Source: an uncultured Candidatus Saccharibacteria bacterium
GTDB taxonomy: Bacteria > Patescibacteriota > Minisyncoccia > Phycocordibacterales > SBAW01
NCBI GenBank assembly: GCA_964615415.1
Contig: CAZTNI010000001.1
Span: 176,746-240,745, forward strand
Length of the DNA: 64,000 nt
Direction: 5' to 3'
Shown: positions 9,352 to 19,030 of the stretch, one piece after another
How the letters are laid out: each line of letters opens with the position of its first letter
Numbering within the stretch: the stretch's first letter is position 1
The notes under the pieces: generated by a model
The model's input: only the letters and a program-made list of their open reading frames with translations
Databases searched by the model: none
What the model was told of the DNA's origin: nothing
Translations under genes and position numbers: made by a program

Positions 9352-9756
9352 ATGTACGACTCGTGGACGTGCCTTGCTGTAGTGCGTGGGCCGGGGGTAT
9401 TGCCGGACAATGTTATCTTGGTGCTTAAGATGGCGGCGTGCGACTTGCAGCGCCGGCAGCAGGAGCGGATGACCATTTTGAACGATGTGTGCGAAGGGGT
9501 GATAGAGACCGAATGGAAGACATTTTCGGTCAACACCCGTTCGGGAGTGTTGTTCAAAACGGAGATCGAAAGCGACAAGGGCAAGTACTGGGTCAACTTC
9601 CTACTCAGCAAGAGTGACCTCGAGCGTGGTGCCGAGATACTGCGCGAGCGCTTTGACGAAGGTAGCGAAATTGGTATTAACCAGCCTGAACCCTTCCCGG
9701 TTGCTGAGCTGTATGAGTTTGCAGACATGCGTCCGCCCAAGCACAAACTAAACTAG
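9352..9756 (+). CDS. hypothetical protein
   Basis: GGAGG SD before ATG 9352; terminator at about 9765-9795. Confidence 0.65.
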   Translation: MYDSWTCLAVVRGPGVLPDNVILVLKMAACDLQRRQQERMTILNDVCEGVIETEWKTFSVNTRSGVLFKTEIESDKGKYWVNFLLSKSDLERGAEILRERFDEGSEIGINQPEPFPVAELYEFADMRPPKHKLN

Positions 9757-9795
9757 TGCGAATTAAAAAAGCCGCTCCAAGAGCGGCTTTTCTTT

Positions 9796-10206
9796 TTACT
9801 TATTCCAGATTCGTTTCCGGAGGAGTTTCAGAACAAAGCCTATAAGAAGGCCGGCACCAGCGGCTCCAAATAGTCCGAGATACATCTGAGGAGTTACGTT
9901 TTCTGCAGAAAAATACTCAAGTAACCCTAAAACAAAGATGGTTCCTATAAAAATGTAATCAACTTTTTTTCCAATTGCTCCATACATGATTCCGCTCCAA
10001 AATAGAATTGATAAAGTCCAAGCAAGAAATGAGTCGGTTAGAGAAAAACCAAAAAACCCCACAGGTCGCTGATAGTTGAATATTGAAAAATTAAGCTCTT
10101 GAAACACAGGAATAGTTAATATGCCAATGCAAATTGCTCCAACCAGAATGCCCGTTCTTGTTAAAACTTGCGTAAATATTCCTAAAGCTCGTGTTCTCTG
10201 AACCAT
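9796..10206 (-). CDS. small membrane protein overlapping the lipase gene (possible immunity/partner)
   Basis: 4 hydrophobic segments, AT-rich, 25-nt overlap with the upstream gene. Confidence 0.7.
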   Translation of the reverse strand: MVQRTRALGIFTQVLTRTGILVGAICIGILTIPVFQELNFSIFNYQRPVGFFGFSLTDSFLAWTLSILFWSGIMYGAIGKKVDYIFIGTIFVLGLLEYFSAENVTPQMYLGLFGAAGAGLLIGFVLKLLRKRIWNK

Positions 10207-12317
10207 GTTGTGTATCTGTGGATTAATTCTACACCATCTTTTATGTTGCCTTTGTCTTTTGCTAGCACGTCCATGTGTGTCAAAAGTGCTCTAATTGCAA
10301 TATTTATAGGTAGCTGCAAGAGCTTACTTTTTACTTTTGTACGCGCTTCCAACAGGTTTCCTAGTGTTTTGCAATCGGCAACTAGGCCGGTATACACTGC
10401 CTTTTTTGTAATCCACTTATTTTCGTACGCTTTCTGGAGATCGATTAGGCATGTAGCCGGAGTGAGTTCTGTTTGCACTGGCGGAGGAACATTTTCTGTA
10501 ATAGATATTTGGGTAGAAGTTGAAGAAACGAAGAGATTGTATGAAGTGTCTTTGCCGAGTGTGGTGGTGCCAGATATTTCTGCGCTTGTGGTTGTTGCAG
10601 GGCCTGCATAATCTGCAACGATGGTGTATGTGCCGCTGCCAGTACCTACAGTCTCCACTTTGTATGTTCCAGGTAACGGGTTAAGGATTATCGCGTATTC
10701 GTCTTCTGTATTGAAGCCTGTGTAAAATGCGTCAGGGATTTCATCCAGCTCTGCTCCGGTGGTAAAGTCTTTCCCTAAACGTTTACCGTCGGGAGCGACA
10801 ATTTGCATATCAATAGGAGAGAAAAGATTTAGAAGTAAAAAACGAATGTCAGTCCCATATACTTTGCCAACCACAGTTCCTGCTTCCTTATTGTTTAGTT
10901 TCTTGAATAAGTAGGGTGCGCTAGTTGAAGCAATACCGTTGTGATTCGTTTCGTAATATGTAACCTCTGGTTCTGTAACAAGAGAGATGCTTGATGCTGG
11001 TACGGTACCATCCCCACCATCTAAATATGTTTCTATAGGTTTTCCATGTTCCCACTTTTGCGTACTGTCCCAAAGTGGTGGCGTGTACGTTTCCACCAAA
11101 AAACCACTTACAGTCATGTTGGGATAATTGTCAGCAGCTAACATTTCCGTTCTGGTGTCTCGGAATACTTTGGCGCTCTTGGAAATTAAAGTTTCGAGAA
11201 AATTGTTTACCGGATAGCCGGAAGGATATTCGAGCGTAGTTGTAGCTGTAGAGAGATAGTCATGGAACACGGGCAATAATTCCTGGATAGAAGATACTGG
11301 ACGACCGTGAATGTAGTTGTAGATGCTGCTAAAACCCACGCCGTAGCCGTTTTTACGAGCTTCATTTTTAAACATTGTGGTCAAAAATAGATTTTGAAAA
11401 GTGTCGCCAAACTCAAACTCTCCACCCTCCCAAGCTTTGTATGCCAAGGGCGCGCCTGAAAGCGGAGAGGCTACTAGAAAAAGTTGATCAACATCATTCG
11501 CGTAGTCGCTGCGCTCTATGTATTGCATCGCGACGAGGCCGCCCATCGAGTGACCAATCAGGTCGACTTGTTTGCAGTCGCAAATTTCTTTTACGTCTTC
11601 AATTTTCTGCTTTAGTTGATACGCAGTGTCGATGTTGGAGTTGCGCCACTCGTAGGGGAAGGTAAACAAAGTTTCATTTCGGATGTACCCATTTGCAAGA
11701 AAGGTGTCTATCAAGTTGTCGTAGGTGTGCAAAATAGGATCGATAACCCACTCTCCGTTTTTTTGCCACGATCCAAGAATGCCGGGGATGATAATAACAG
11801 GGTCAAATTCTTCTGCCGGCTTCGGACCCCACTTCCATGGAAGGATGTAAAAATTTTGATTTTGTATTGCCTCTGCGGGTAATGTGCCACCACTCGATAA
11901 GTAATCAGTAAATTCGCTTCCTAAACTACTGCCGTAGACGACTGCAAAAAAGTTCTCGTCATTCGCTGCATTTGTAGGAATATTATTCGGTGTTTGAGAA
12001 ATGAATGTTGCTGATGCAGCAAACCCACTTACTGAGTCTATTGCTATAGGAGTTGCATTGCCTACCGTGCCGCGATACAGAGCTACTGATTTTTGGCCTG
12101 AGATGGTTGCTGGAAGGGAATAAAAGCAGCGGTCTCCTGCTATGCCCATACGCGGCATGTAGTGTTTGCTGGCCTCGAACGGGTGCTTATAGAGGTCGCA
12201 GTAAAAGATAAAGGAGTCTGCGTAGGAAGGGCTACTGGAAACGCTAGTTACATTTGCTGAAGCAATAAAAGGAGTGGCAAGGAATAGAGGGAGCAGTAAA
12301 GCAAGTAAGTACCGCAT
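10182..12317 (-). CDS. secreted LCAT/PGAP1-like alpha/beta hydrolase (lipase/acyltransferase)
   Basis: Signal peptide, PVIIIPGILGS, FPYEWR, GHSMGG, GDGTVP, His in ETNHNG. Confidence 0.85.
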   Translation of the reverse strand: MRYLLALLLPLFLATPFIASANVTSVSSSPSYADSFIFYCDLYKHPFEASKHYMPRMGIAGDRCFYSLPATISGQKSVALYRGTVGNATPIAIDSVSGFAASATFISQTPNNIPTNAANDENFFAVVYGSSLGSEFTDYLSSGGTLPAEAIQNQNFYILPWKWGPKPAEEFDPVIIIPGILGSWQKNGEWVIDPILHTYDNLIDTFLANGYIRNETLFTFPYEWRNSNIDTAYQLKQKIEDVKEICDCKQVDLIGHSMGGLVAMQYIERSDYANDVDQLFLVASPLSGAPLAYKAWEGGEFEFGDTFQNLFLTTMFKNEARKNGYGVGFSSIYNYIHGRPVSSIQELLPVFHDYLSTATTTLEYPSGYPVNNFLETLISKSAKVFRDTRTEMLAADNYPNMTVSGFLVETYTPPLWDSTQKWEHGKPIETYLDGGDGTVPASSISLVTEPEVTYYETNHNGIASTSAPYLFKKLNNKEAGTVVGKVYGTDIRFLLLNLFSPIDMQIVAPDGKRLGKDFTTGAELDEIPDAFYTGFNTEDEYAIILNPLPGTYKVETVGTGSGTYTIVADYAGPATTTSAEISGTTTLGKDTSYNLFVSSTSTQISITENVPPPVQTELTPATCLIDLQKAYENKWITKKAVYTGLVADCKTLGNLLEARTKVKSKLLQLPINIAIRALLTHMDVLAKDKGNIKDGVELIHRYTTWFREHEL

Positions 12318-12391
12318 ATGTAGTTGTGCCGGCACAATACCACAACCAATTTTTGATGCAAAAAGAGGACCCTTTTAGGGTCCTCTTGGTT

Positions 12392-12862
12392 TTAACGTGG
12401 CCAGGAGACTTTGCCATCATTTATGTTCACCGATGCTCCGGCGGCGAATAGGTTCATCAGGTTGTCGCTCGTAAACCACTCTTCAAACACTCTTCGTTTG
12501 CCTTGGCTGTTAAGTACGAGGCGAGTTTTGCTGGTGTAGCCCCAGCCTCGAACGCCTTCAAGTAAGTGTTCTGTTATAAGTGTTTGGACAACCTCTGGGG
12601 TAACAAAAATTCGCGCATAACTTCCGTCGCCAAAATCCTGGCGCCACTCAATTTCAATATGGGGCCATTCTCTGCCAGGCGACACATGCAATGTGCGACT
12701 GGTATTATCGTTCCACTGACAAAACAGCAGTCCGGCAGCAATACGATAGTCTGCGACTGGCAGTTGGGGGCCGATAGATGTTGGGGCCGGATGCGTGTAC
12801 ACCCAGAGCATGTTGAAAGTAAGGCGAGTATCGGCAGGAAGTGTTTCTACCGCGTCTTCCAT
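12392..12862 (-). CDS. hypothetical protein
   Basis: GGAG SD, own promoter and terminator. Confidence 0.65.
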   Translation of the reverse strand: MEDAVETLPADTRLTFNMLWVYTHPAPTSIGPQLPVADYRIAAGLLFCQWNDNTSRTLHVSPGREWPHIEIEWRQDFGDGSYARIFVTPEVVQTLITEHLLEGVRGWGYTSKTRLVLNSQGKRRVFEEWFTSDNLMNLFAAGASVNINDGKVSWPR

Positions 12863-12946
12863 CTGTGTTCTCCGTGATTTTGTGCAACTAATTAGTAAGT
12901 TACCACAGCAAAATTTTGATGCAAAAGTTTGCTACACTCAGGGCGT

Positions 12947-13249
12947 ATGGCAACTGCCTTCAAAGTAAAAGGGAAGATATGGCTCTGGCCGGGAGAGGCG
13001 GCTTGGCATTTTGTAAATGTAGACGAACAGACTTCTCTCAAAATAAAAGAGCTGGCGAGCAAGAAAAAACGAAAAGGCTTTGGGTCGGTGCCTGTTGAAG
13101 TAACGCTCGGCAAGACAAAATGGAAGACATCCATTTTCCCCGACAGCCGCTCGGGTACGTATCTTTTGCCACTCAAATTAAAAGTCCGCATGACTGAAGG
13201 TGTTGCGCATGGTGATGTTATTGTCTATACGTTGCGTGCGTTTGTGTAA
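12947..13249 (+). CDS. DUF1905-like protein
   Basis: AWHFV, GFGSVPVEVTLG..WKTSIFP, YLLPLK. Confidence 0.8.
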   Translation: MATAFKVKGKIWLWPGEAAWHFVNVDEQTSLKIKELASKKKRKGFGSVPVEVTLGKTKWKTSIFPDSRSGTYLLPLKLKVRMTEGVAHGDVIVYTLRAFV

Positions 13250-13310
13250 TGAGGCTATCCCTCAGTCGTCTTCATGTTTGCTACACTATGTAGGCCTTGT
13301 TAACCCCCCC

Positions 13311-13904
13311 ATGATCAATCTTTTTCTCTACATAGTTATAGGTATTAGTATGCTCGTTGGTACAAGCTTTGCTGCTATTGGTGTGGATCGTGCGTTTTTT
13401 GCACCAGCGGCGCCGATTGCGGATGAAACAGGAGCGTTGGCGACCGGAGAAACTTCGCAGCCACAAAACGCCGCCACAACGCAAACAGGCACCTCTGTGG
13501 CGACAAATTCTACCAACTGTGTCACCACAACCCGCGGAGATGACGATGACGAAGACGACGATGATGACAAAGTGGTACAAGATTGCACGACAACCACTGC
13601 GCAGGCTACTCCTACTGTCTCTACTGCCGCGCCAAAACCAGCGACGCAACCGACGACTCAAGCTTCGGGTACCTACACCATGGCGCAAGTTGCTACGCAT
13701 AACTCTGCGACAAGCTGCTACACCGTCATTGGTGGTTCGGTCTACAACTTAACCTCGTTCGTGTCACAGCATCCGGGAGGTTCCGTGGCAATTAAGTCGC
13801 TCTGCGGTGTGGACGGAACTGCTGCGTACACTGCACAACACAGTGGTGCGCGTCGTCCGGCAAACGAACTCGCAGGACTAAAGATAGGTACACTCGCACA
13901 ATAA
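13311..13904 (+). CDS. membrane-anchored cytochrome b5-like heme/steroid-binding protein
   Basis: N-terminal TM, low-complexity linker, YTMAQVATHN..SCY..VYNLT..HPGG..CGVDGT..H. Confidence 0.85.
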   Translation: MINLFLYIVIGISMLVGTSFAAIGVDRAFFAPAAPIADETGALATGETSQPQNAATTQTGTSVATNSTNCVTTTRGDDDDEDDDDDKVVQDCTTTTAQATPTVSTAAPKPATQPTTQASGTYTMAQVATHNSATSCYTVIGGSVYNLTSFVSQHPGGSVAIKSLCGVDGTAAYTAQHSGARRPANELAGLKIGTLAQ

Positions 13905-13905
13905 T

Positions 13906-14331
13906 ATGAGCTTACTCCCTTTTTTACATGTTTTTGCAGTAGGTTTTGCGGCTGCCCTCATACTCCTTGCAGACAAGGAAGCGGTTGCATGGTTCCGCGG
14001 CAAAAAGGAGGTGCTCGATAAAGACCATGTGCGGCAGTATCACGTCTTTACGTGGATTGCGCTCGGCGCGCTTGCGGCAACGGGCACGCTCTTGTTGTAT
14101 CCGACGCGTCTCTTTTTATTCTCCGAGCCGCTTTTTATTGCGAAGCTATGTTTCATTGCGGTTCTTTTTGTAAATGCAATTTTGATTGGTCGGATACAGT
14201 ATGTTGCGCTGACACGTCCATTTGCCTCGCTTTCGTCTAAAGAAAAATTACCACTATTTTTAAGTGGTATAGCGTCAACCTACTGTTGGATCATGGCGGG
14301 CGTCCTGGGGTACATTATTGCTAATTGGTAA
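13906..14331 (+). CDS. membrane protein paired with the cytochrome b5-like gene
   Basis: 4 TM, His in two helices, 1-nt gap from the upstream gene. Confidence 0.7.
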   Translation: MSLLPFLHVFAVGFAAALILLADKEAVAWFRGKKEVLDKDHVRQYHVFTWIALGALAATGTLLLYPTRLFLFSEPLFIAKLCFIAVLFVNAILIGRIQYVALTRPFASLSSKEKLPLFLSGIASTYCWIMAGVLGYIIANW

Positions 14332-14377
14332 AAGGAGAAGTAATAAAAAACGGCACGCTCTGCGTGCCGTTTTTAGT

Positions 14378-14869
14378 TTACAGAAGGAGCGAGATGTGAT
14401 CCTCGGGCTCGATAATTTTTTGGAACCCACGCTCGATAGAGCAGAGGAGGCCGCGCCTACCTTCCACGAACTGGTATCCCTCAAGTCCGTAGGCGGCGCG
14501 CACATTTTTGCACGGCGCGTTTTGCTGGCTCACACGGAGTACGACTCCGTTGCCGACCATAATCCGCGTGCCGTCCGCAATCTGGGAGAGGTCGCCCATG
14601 CCGCGCGTCGTAATATTTTCTCCCAGTGCTCCCGGACCGAGTGTCTTGCCGAGAAGCTTTGCCATCTCCTCGATCACCTCGATCGCAACAAGTGAAATGT
14701 GGCGGTCGATATTCGGCTTAAAGGTGCCGCGGTTGCTGAAGCTCGGTCGCAGCTCGCGATTGTGATAGTCGTCCTCAAGTCCGTGGGTGCCGACCGTTAC
14801 ACGCGGTTGCGCATGTTTCGGCAGGTTTCCTACGTGACTAATACAGACTGCAACAACAGTGCCGTTCAT
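14378..14869 (-). CDS. MOSC domain protein (YiiM-like)
   Basis: GLEDD.H, RHISL, PGALGENITT, SQ..PC motif. Confidence 0.85.
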   Translation of the reverse strand: MNGTVVAVCISHVGNLPKHAQPRVTVGTHGLEDDYHNRELRPSFSNRGTFKPNIDRHISLVAIEVIEEMAKLLGKTLGPGALGENITTRGMGDLSQIADGTRIMVGNGVVLRVSQQNAPCKNVRAAYGLEGYQFVEGRRGLLCSIERGFQKIIEPEDHISLLL

Positions 14870-14941
14870 TGCGTGCTCCTTGTGGCAAGATGTACAACCG
14901 ATCCTATCTTTCTCTTTTTTGCGAAGCTTGTAAAGCCGCGA

Positions 14942-17761
14942 CTATTTTTTGAGGTTGAGGGTTGCAGAACCTGCGAGGTCTATAGTGCTTGCAACAACAG
15001 TTGTGCTGGTAGTTGGTGCAACTTTTGCACTACCTACAAGACTGAGTTCTTGGCCTGGTGTGTAGACAATACCTGTCGCAGCGAGTGACGCAGAGCCAGC
15101 AAGCTTACTAGTTTCAAGCGGGAGGCCGCCCACTAAACTCGGGTCGACATACAGGGTGAAGCCTGCAAGCACTCCAGCGCTTGGCGCAACAAGTGTTACT
15201 TGTGCCGAGCCTGCGAAGTCAAACCCTGCATCTTTGCCGGTCATGAACATGGCAACGCCGCCGGTGCCGGTTACTTTGCCGCTTCCTTTTACTTCAAACG
15301 GACCGTCTTTAAGGATGTAGACACCGGGTGTAAGCGTAACTTTTGCAGATCCTGCAACGGTTATGCCGCCGCAGTACACGCCAGGGTTTAAGGTGACTGT
15401 CTGTGACTGTGCGATGTTGAGGTTGGTGTGCGTACAAGTGCCAACAGTTGGTTTCGGTTTTGTAGCGAAGGGATCGTTTTCAGGCGTGCAGGGTGTCGGG
15501 TCGGGAGTAATTTTCGGATTACCAGACTCTTTTACACCGCCGACAAAACAATTTTTAACTGTCTTGATAGTAGCTGACCCCGAGAGGGCGACTGCTTGTG
15601 CGCTGTTTGAGTTAACTTGCAGGTCGCAATTAGTGCCGAGCAGTTTAGAGCTGCCGACTAGTTTCAGTGCAGATGGAGCACTTGTGTTGAGTATTACGCC
15701 GCACGTGTCTGAGAGCGGTGGGCGCACGACAGTGAATTTACTTGTTGCAGACCCGGTGTGCCCGAAAGAGTCTGTTGCGGTTACTACCAAGGTCGACAGG
15801 CCGAGCGGCAAGGTTGCAAGGTTGAGCGGAGTTGCAGGGTTTATTGTATTGCCGTTAAGGAAGTACGACGTAGAGATAATCGGAGACTGCTCCGGGTCGG
15901 TGATGGTTGCGGTGACGGGGATAGTGTCGGTAGAAAGGTACGTGGTGCCGTCGAGCGGAGACTCGATACTAACCACAGGCGCTTCGGTGTCGAGCGGGTT
16001 AAGCGTCAGCGTTAGTTCATCGCCAGATGGGGTGAGGGTTAGTGTGTAGCCGACGACCTGTCCTCCTGCGGTAGCGTGGCTTGTGCTTGTTGCAACGACG
16101 CTCGAGCCGCACACCTCGGTTGCACTGATCGTAAAGGTGCCGCTACTTGCGCCTTGTGTCGAGACTTGATAGTCGCCCGCGATAGGATTTACTACTACGC
16201 CGTACTCGGTTGTTGTGGTGGCGCCTGAGTAGAATGCATTTGGAATTTCTTCAAACGTGCCAGGAGCAGTAAAGTTTTTTCCGAGACGGTCACCGTTCGG
16301 GTCGGTAATTTGAATATCGACAGGCTGCGTTGCGGAAAGGAAGAGTACACAGCTAACAGGGTAGGCAGTGTTTGTAGTGGCACTTGGTGCGCGGCCCGCA
16401 AGTGCTGTAAAGATGGTGCTGCGTGCGGCGGTAGGGAGGCCGCGATGCGTGGTGAGAAATTCCTGGTCGATACCGAACATGATGTCGATACTTGAGCGCG
16501 GGACCATGCCGTCGCCTAAGTCGGTATAGGTGTCGGTTGGTTCGCCGTCTGGCCACAGTGGCGGGTTAGTTGATGCGGTAGTCGAGAAGTAAATAGGAGT
16601 CGTAGCTAAACCGTCCTCCGCAGAGTAGACCTTCATCTGTATTTGCTGCAGTGCGGTCGCGCTTGCGACGAGTGCGTTCATGAATGGGTTTGCTGGTGGC
16701 GTGTCAGTGTAGTCCTGAGGAGGGAGAAGTTCTTTAAATGAGGCTACTGGTTTTGCCTGAATGTAGGCGTAGGCAGATGTGTGACCGGCATCTTTCGCTT
16801 GCTGCAAGAGTAGTGCTTGGATCAGCGAGTCGTTGATGCCATTGCCAGTGCGGATTTGCGCCCCTTCCCATGCAAGGTATGCGCTTGGGACGCCGTAAAA
16901 CGGTGTTGCAAGAAAGAGTGTCTGGTCCACATCTTTTGCGTACGTACCTCCTTGTATGTACTGCTGCGCGATAGTGCCGCCCATGCCGTGGCCGATCAAG
17001 TCAACGTAGCCGCAAGCACACTCTGTTTTTTTGTCAGCGATAAACTGTTTCAATTCGGCGGCAGATGTGACGTTTGACTGTTGCCAGTTGTACGGGAAGA
17101 CGAAGAGGTTTGCATTAAGTACGTACCCATTTTGTACCAATGTGTCGATAAGGTTTTGATACTGATGGAACACTGGGTCAACTTGCTTACCAGTCGAAGT
17201 CTCCCAGGTGGTGTAGATGTCGGGAACGATAATCACTGGTTCAAACTCTGCAGCAGGCTTCGGCCCCCACTTCCACGGCAAGATGTAATAGTTTTGATTC
17301 TCTACAGCTTCAGGTGGAATGGGGCTACCGTTTGTAAGGTGGTCGGTAAACGCACTGCCAAGGCTGCTGTCGTACACTACTGCAAAAAAGTATTCGTCGT
17401 TTACTGCGTTGGTGGGAATGTTGCTTGGTGTTTGACGTACTAACGTAGCGGCTGCTGCGGGGCCGGTAACAGTGTCTGCAGCTAAGACGGTCGAATTGGT
17501 TGGTGTGCCGCGACGCAGCTCTATGACTGGATTAGTGAGGGGAGCGGGGAGCGAGTAGTAACAGCCGTCGCCCGGTACTCCTGCGCGTGGCAGATAGTGG
17601 TAGTTAGAGGTGAATGGAAATTTATAGAGGTCGCAATAAAAAGAAAACCCCTGCTCATAGGTGGGGTCACTTGAAACGGCACTCACATTTGCGAACGCAG
17701 TCGGAACTGAAATGCTAAAGAAGCACAGCAATGCAGCTACCCAATAATGTATGTATTTCAT
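14942..17761 (-). CDS. secreted lipase-like paralogue lacking the catalytic Ser, with Ig-like and GSA-repeat C-terminal domains
   Basis: Colinear with 10182-12317 (FYCDLYK.PF, YILPWKWGPKPA.EF.PVII) but GHGMGG; C-terminal xGSAxV repeats. Confidence 0.8.
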   Translation of the reverse strand: MKYIHYWVAALLCFFSISVPTAFANVSAVSSDPTYEQGFSFYCDLYKFPFTSNYHYLPRAGVPGDGCYYSLPAPLTNPVIELRRGTPTNSTVLAADTVTGPAAAATLVRQTPSNIPTNAVNDEYFFAVVYDSSLGSAFTDHLTNGSPIPPEAVENQNYYILPWKWGPKPAAEFEPVIIVPDIYTTWETSTGKQVDPVFHQYQNLIDTLVQNGYVLNANLFVFPYNWQQSNVTSAAELKQFIADKKTECACGYVDLIGHGMGGTIAQQYIQGGTYAKDVDQTLFLATPFYGVPSAYLAWEGAQIRTGNGINDSLIQALLLQQAKDAGHTSAYAYIQAKPVASFKELLPPQDYTDTPPANPFMNALVASATALQQIQMKVYSAEDGLATTPIYFSTTASTNPPLWPDGEPTDTYTDLGDGMVPRSSIDIMFGIDQEFLTTHRGLPTAARSTIFTALAGRAPSATTNTAYPVSCVLFLSATQPVDIQITDPNGDRLGKNFTAPGTFEEIPNAFYSGATTTTEYGVVVNPIAGDYQVSTQGASSGTFTISATEVCGSSVVATSTSHATAGGQVVGYTLTLTPSGDELTLTLNPLDTEAPVVSIESPLDGTTYLSTDTIPVTATITDPEQSPIISTSYFLNGNTINPATPLNLATLPLGLSTLVVTATDSFGHTGSATSKFTVVRPPLSDTCGVILNTSAPSALKLVGSSKLLGTNCDLQVNSNSAQAVALSGSATIKTVKNCFVGGVKESGNPKITPDPTPCTPENDPFATKPKPTVGTCTHTNLNIAQSQTVTLNPGVYCGGITVAGSAKVTLTPGVYILKDGPFEVKGSGKVTGTGGVAMFMTGKDAGFDFAGSAQVTLVAPSAGVLAGFTLYVDPSLVGGLPLETSKLAGSASLAATGIVYTPGQELSLVGSAKVAPTTSTTVVASTIDLAGSATLNLKK

Positions 17762-17834
17762 ATATATAAGAGTAGCATAGTGGGATAAAAAGAAATCCCC
17801 GCGGCGCACCTGGTGCGCTGCGGGGATGAATTGT

Positions 17835-18608
17835 TCAGGAGTGGGACAGAGTGCCGTGCATCAGCGACGAGCCGTTGTCGATCTCGAAGATGTGACCAGT
17901 GACGCCTGTGAGGGACATCATGGTAACGATGTTCTCGGCGATGATGTCCTTCGGCACAAGGTTTCCATTAACAGCAGTTGCTCGGGCGTAGGCACCGATA
18001 GCGTGATGGTTCGGCACCTGAGAGCCTGCAATAGTCTTAACCGGGTGGCAACGGATGATGTTCACGCGCCACGCTTCGGAGCCATATTCAACAGCAAGCT
18101 CTTTTGCAGTACGCTCGAGCGCTGCCTTTGCAACGCCCATGTTACCGTAGCCAGGTACTACACGTTCTGCGCCAATGAAGCTCATCGCGGCGAACGATAC
18201 GCCGCCTACTCGAGAACCAAATTCCCGTACAATCTCGCGGAAGGCGAAGTCGGACGAGCGCATAGTTTTGCTGTAGTTCTCCCAGCTCATGTGGCTAAAC
18301 GGCTGCTTCATTTCCGTTGGATCGGTGAAGGCGGGGCAGAACAGAATGTCAGTCGGTTCAGCCTTTTCGAAGTTGCGAATTATTTCGCTGGCAAGACGGG
18401 ATGCGTCATTGTCTTTCAGTGCGTCATATAAAGCGATGCTTGCGCCCGCTTTTTCAGCAAACTTCTGCACGCGTTCCAGCTTGTCTTCGCGACAAGTGAT
18501 GGTGACATGTGCGCCCCTTGCCATGAATGCTTGTGCGGCAGTCCAGCCGATACTGGTGGGTGATGACACGCCAATAATGAGCGCGTGCCGGTTCGGATGA
18601 AAAGACAT
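17835..18608 (-). CDS. fabI: enoyl-ACP reductase-like SDR
   Basis: LIIGV..PTSIGW, SFIGAERVVPGYGNMGVAKAALE (YxxMxxxK); AAGGAG SD before ATG 18608. Confidence 0.8.
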   Translation of the reverse strand: MSFHPNRHALIIGVSSPTSIGWTAAQAFMARGAHVTITCREDKLERVQKFAEKAGASIALYDALKDNDASRLASEIIRNFEKAEPTDILFCPAFTDPTEMKQPFSHMSWENYSKTMRSSDFAFREIVREFGSRVGGVSFAAMSFIGAERVVPGYGNMGVAKAALERTAKELAVEYGSEAWRVNIIRCHPVKTIAGSQVPNHHAIGAYARATAVNGNLVPKDIIAENIVTMMSLTGVTGHIFEIDNGSSLMHGTLSHS

Positions 18609-18751
18609 GTGGATCTCCTTGGGTTGCAGTGAACAAGTCTGAAAGCAAAATACCACATTTTTGTGTAAAAGCAATATTACATCCTTCATCTACTGTTCAG
18701 TAAAGGAATCGTACAAGTAGAGTGTTCTATTTATATATAACGAACACATAT

Positions 18752-18973
18752 ATGGTTACGGTAGTTAATAACCCAGGCGGCGAGCGTGTGGTAGAAAAAA
18801 GCGACAGCAGCGGCTGGGCAGTGGCGGTTATTATTTTGATCGCGCTGGTGGCAGTAGGTGCATTCTTTGCATGGCGGTACTATCGCGCACCTGCGGCACC
18901 GGCACCAAGTGGTGCAAATATTAACGTCACGATTCCAACAGGAGGCGGGGAACAAGCAGGACCAAACGAATAG
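18752..18973 (+). CDS. small single-pass membrane protein
   Basis: One TM, Pro-rich tail. Confidence 0.7.
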   Translation: MVTVVNNPGGERVVEKSDSSGWAVAVIILIALVAVGAFFAWRYYRAPAAPAPSGANINVTIPTGGGEQAGPNE

Positions 18974-19030
18974 AAAATAAAAAAACCGCGGACACGAGTG
19001 TCCGCGGCGTTTGTTTTTGTGCTGCGCCGT

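Noticed and set aside
13539-13568. GAT/GAC trinucleotide run
   Set aside because: Encodes a poly-Asp linker with mixed codons, not a slippage tract
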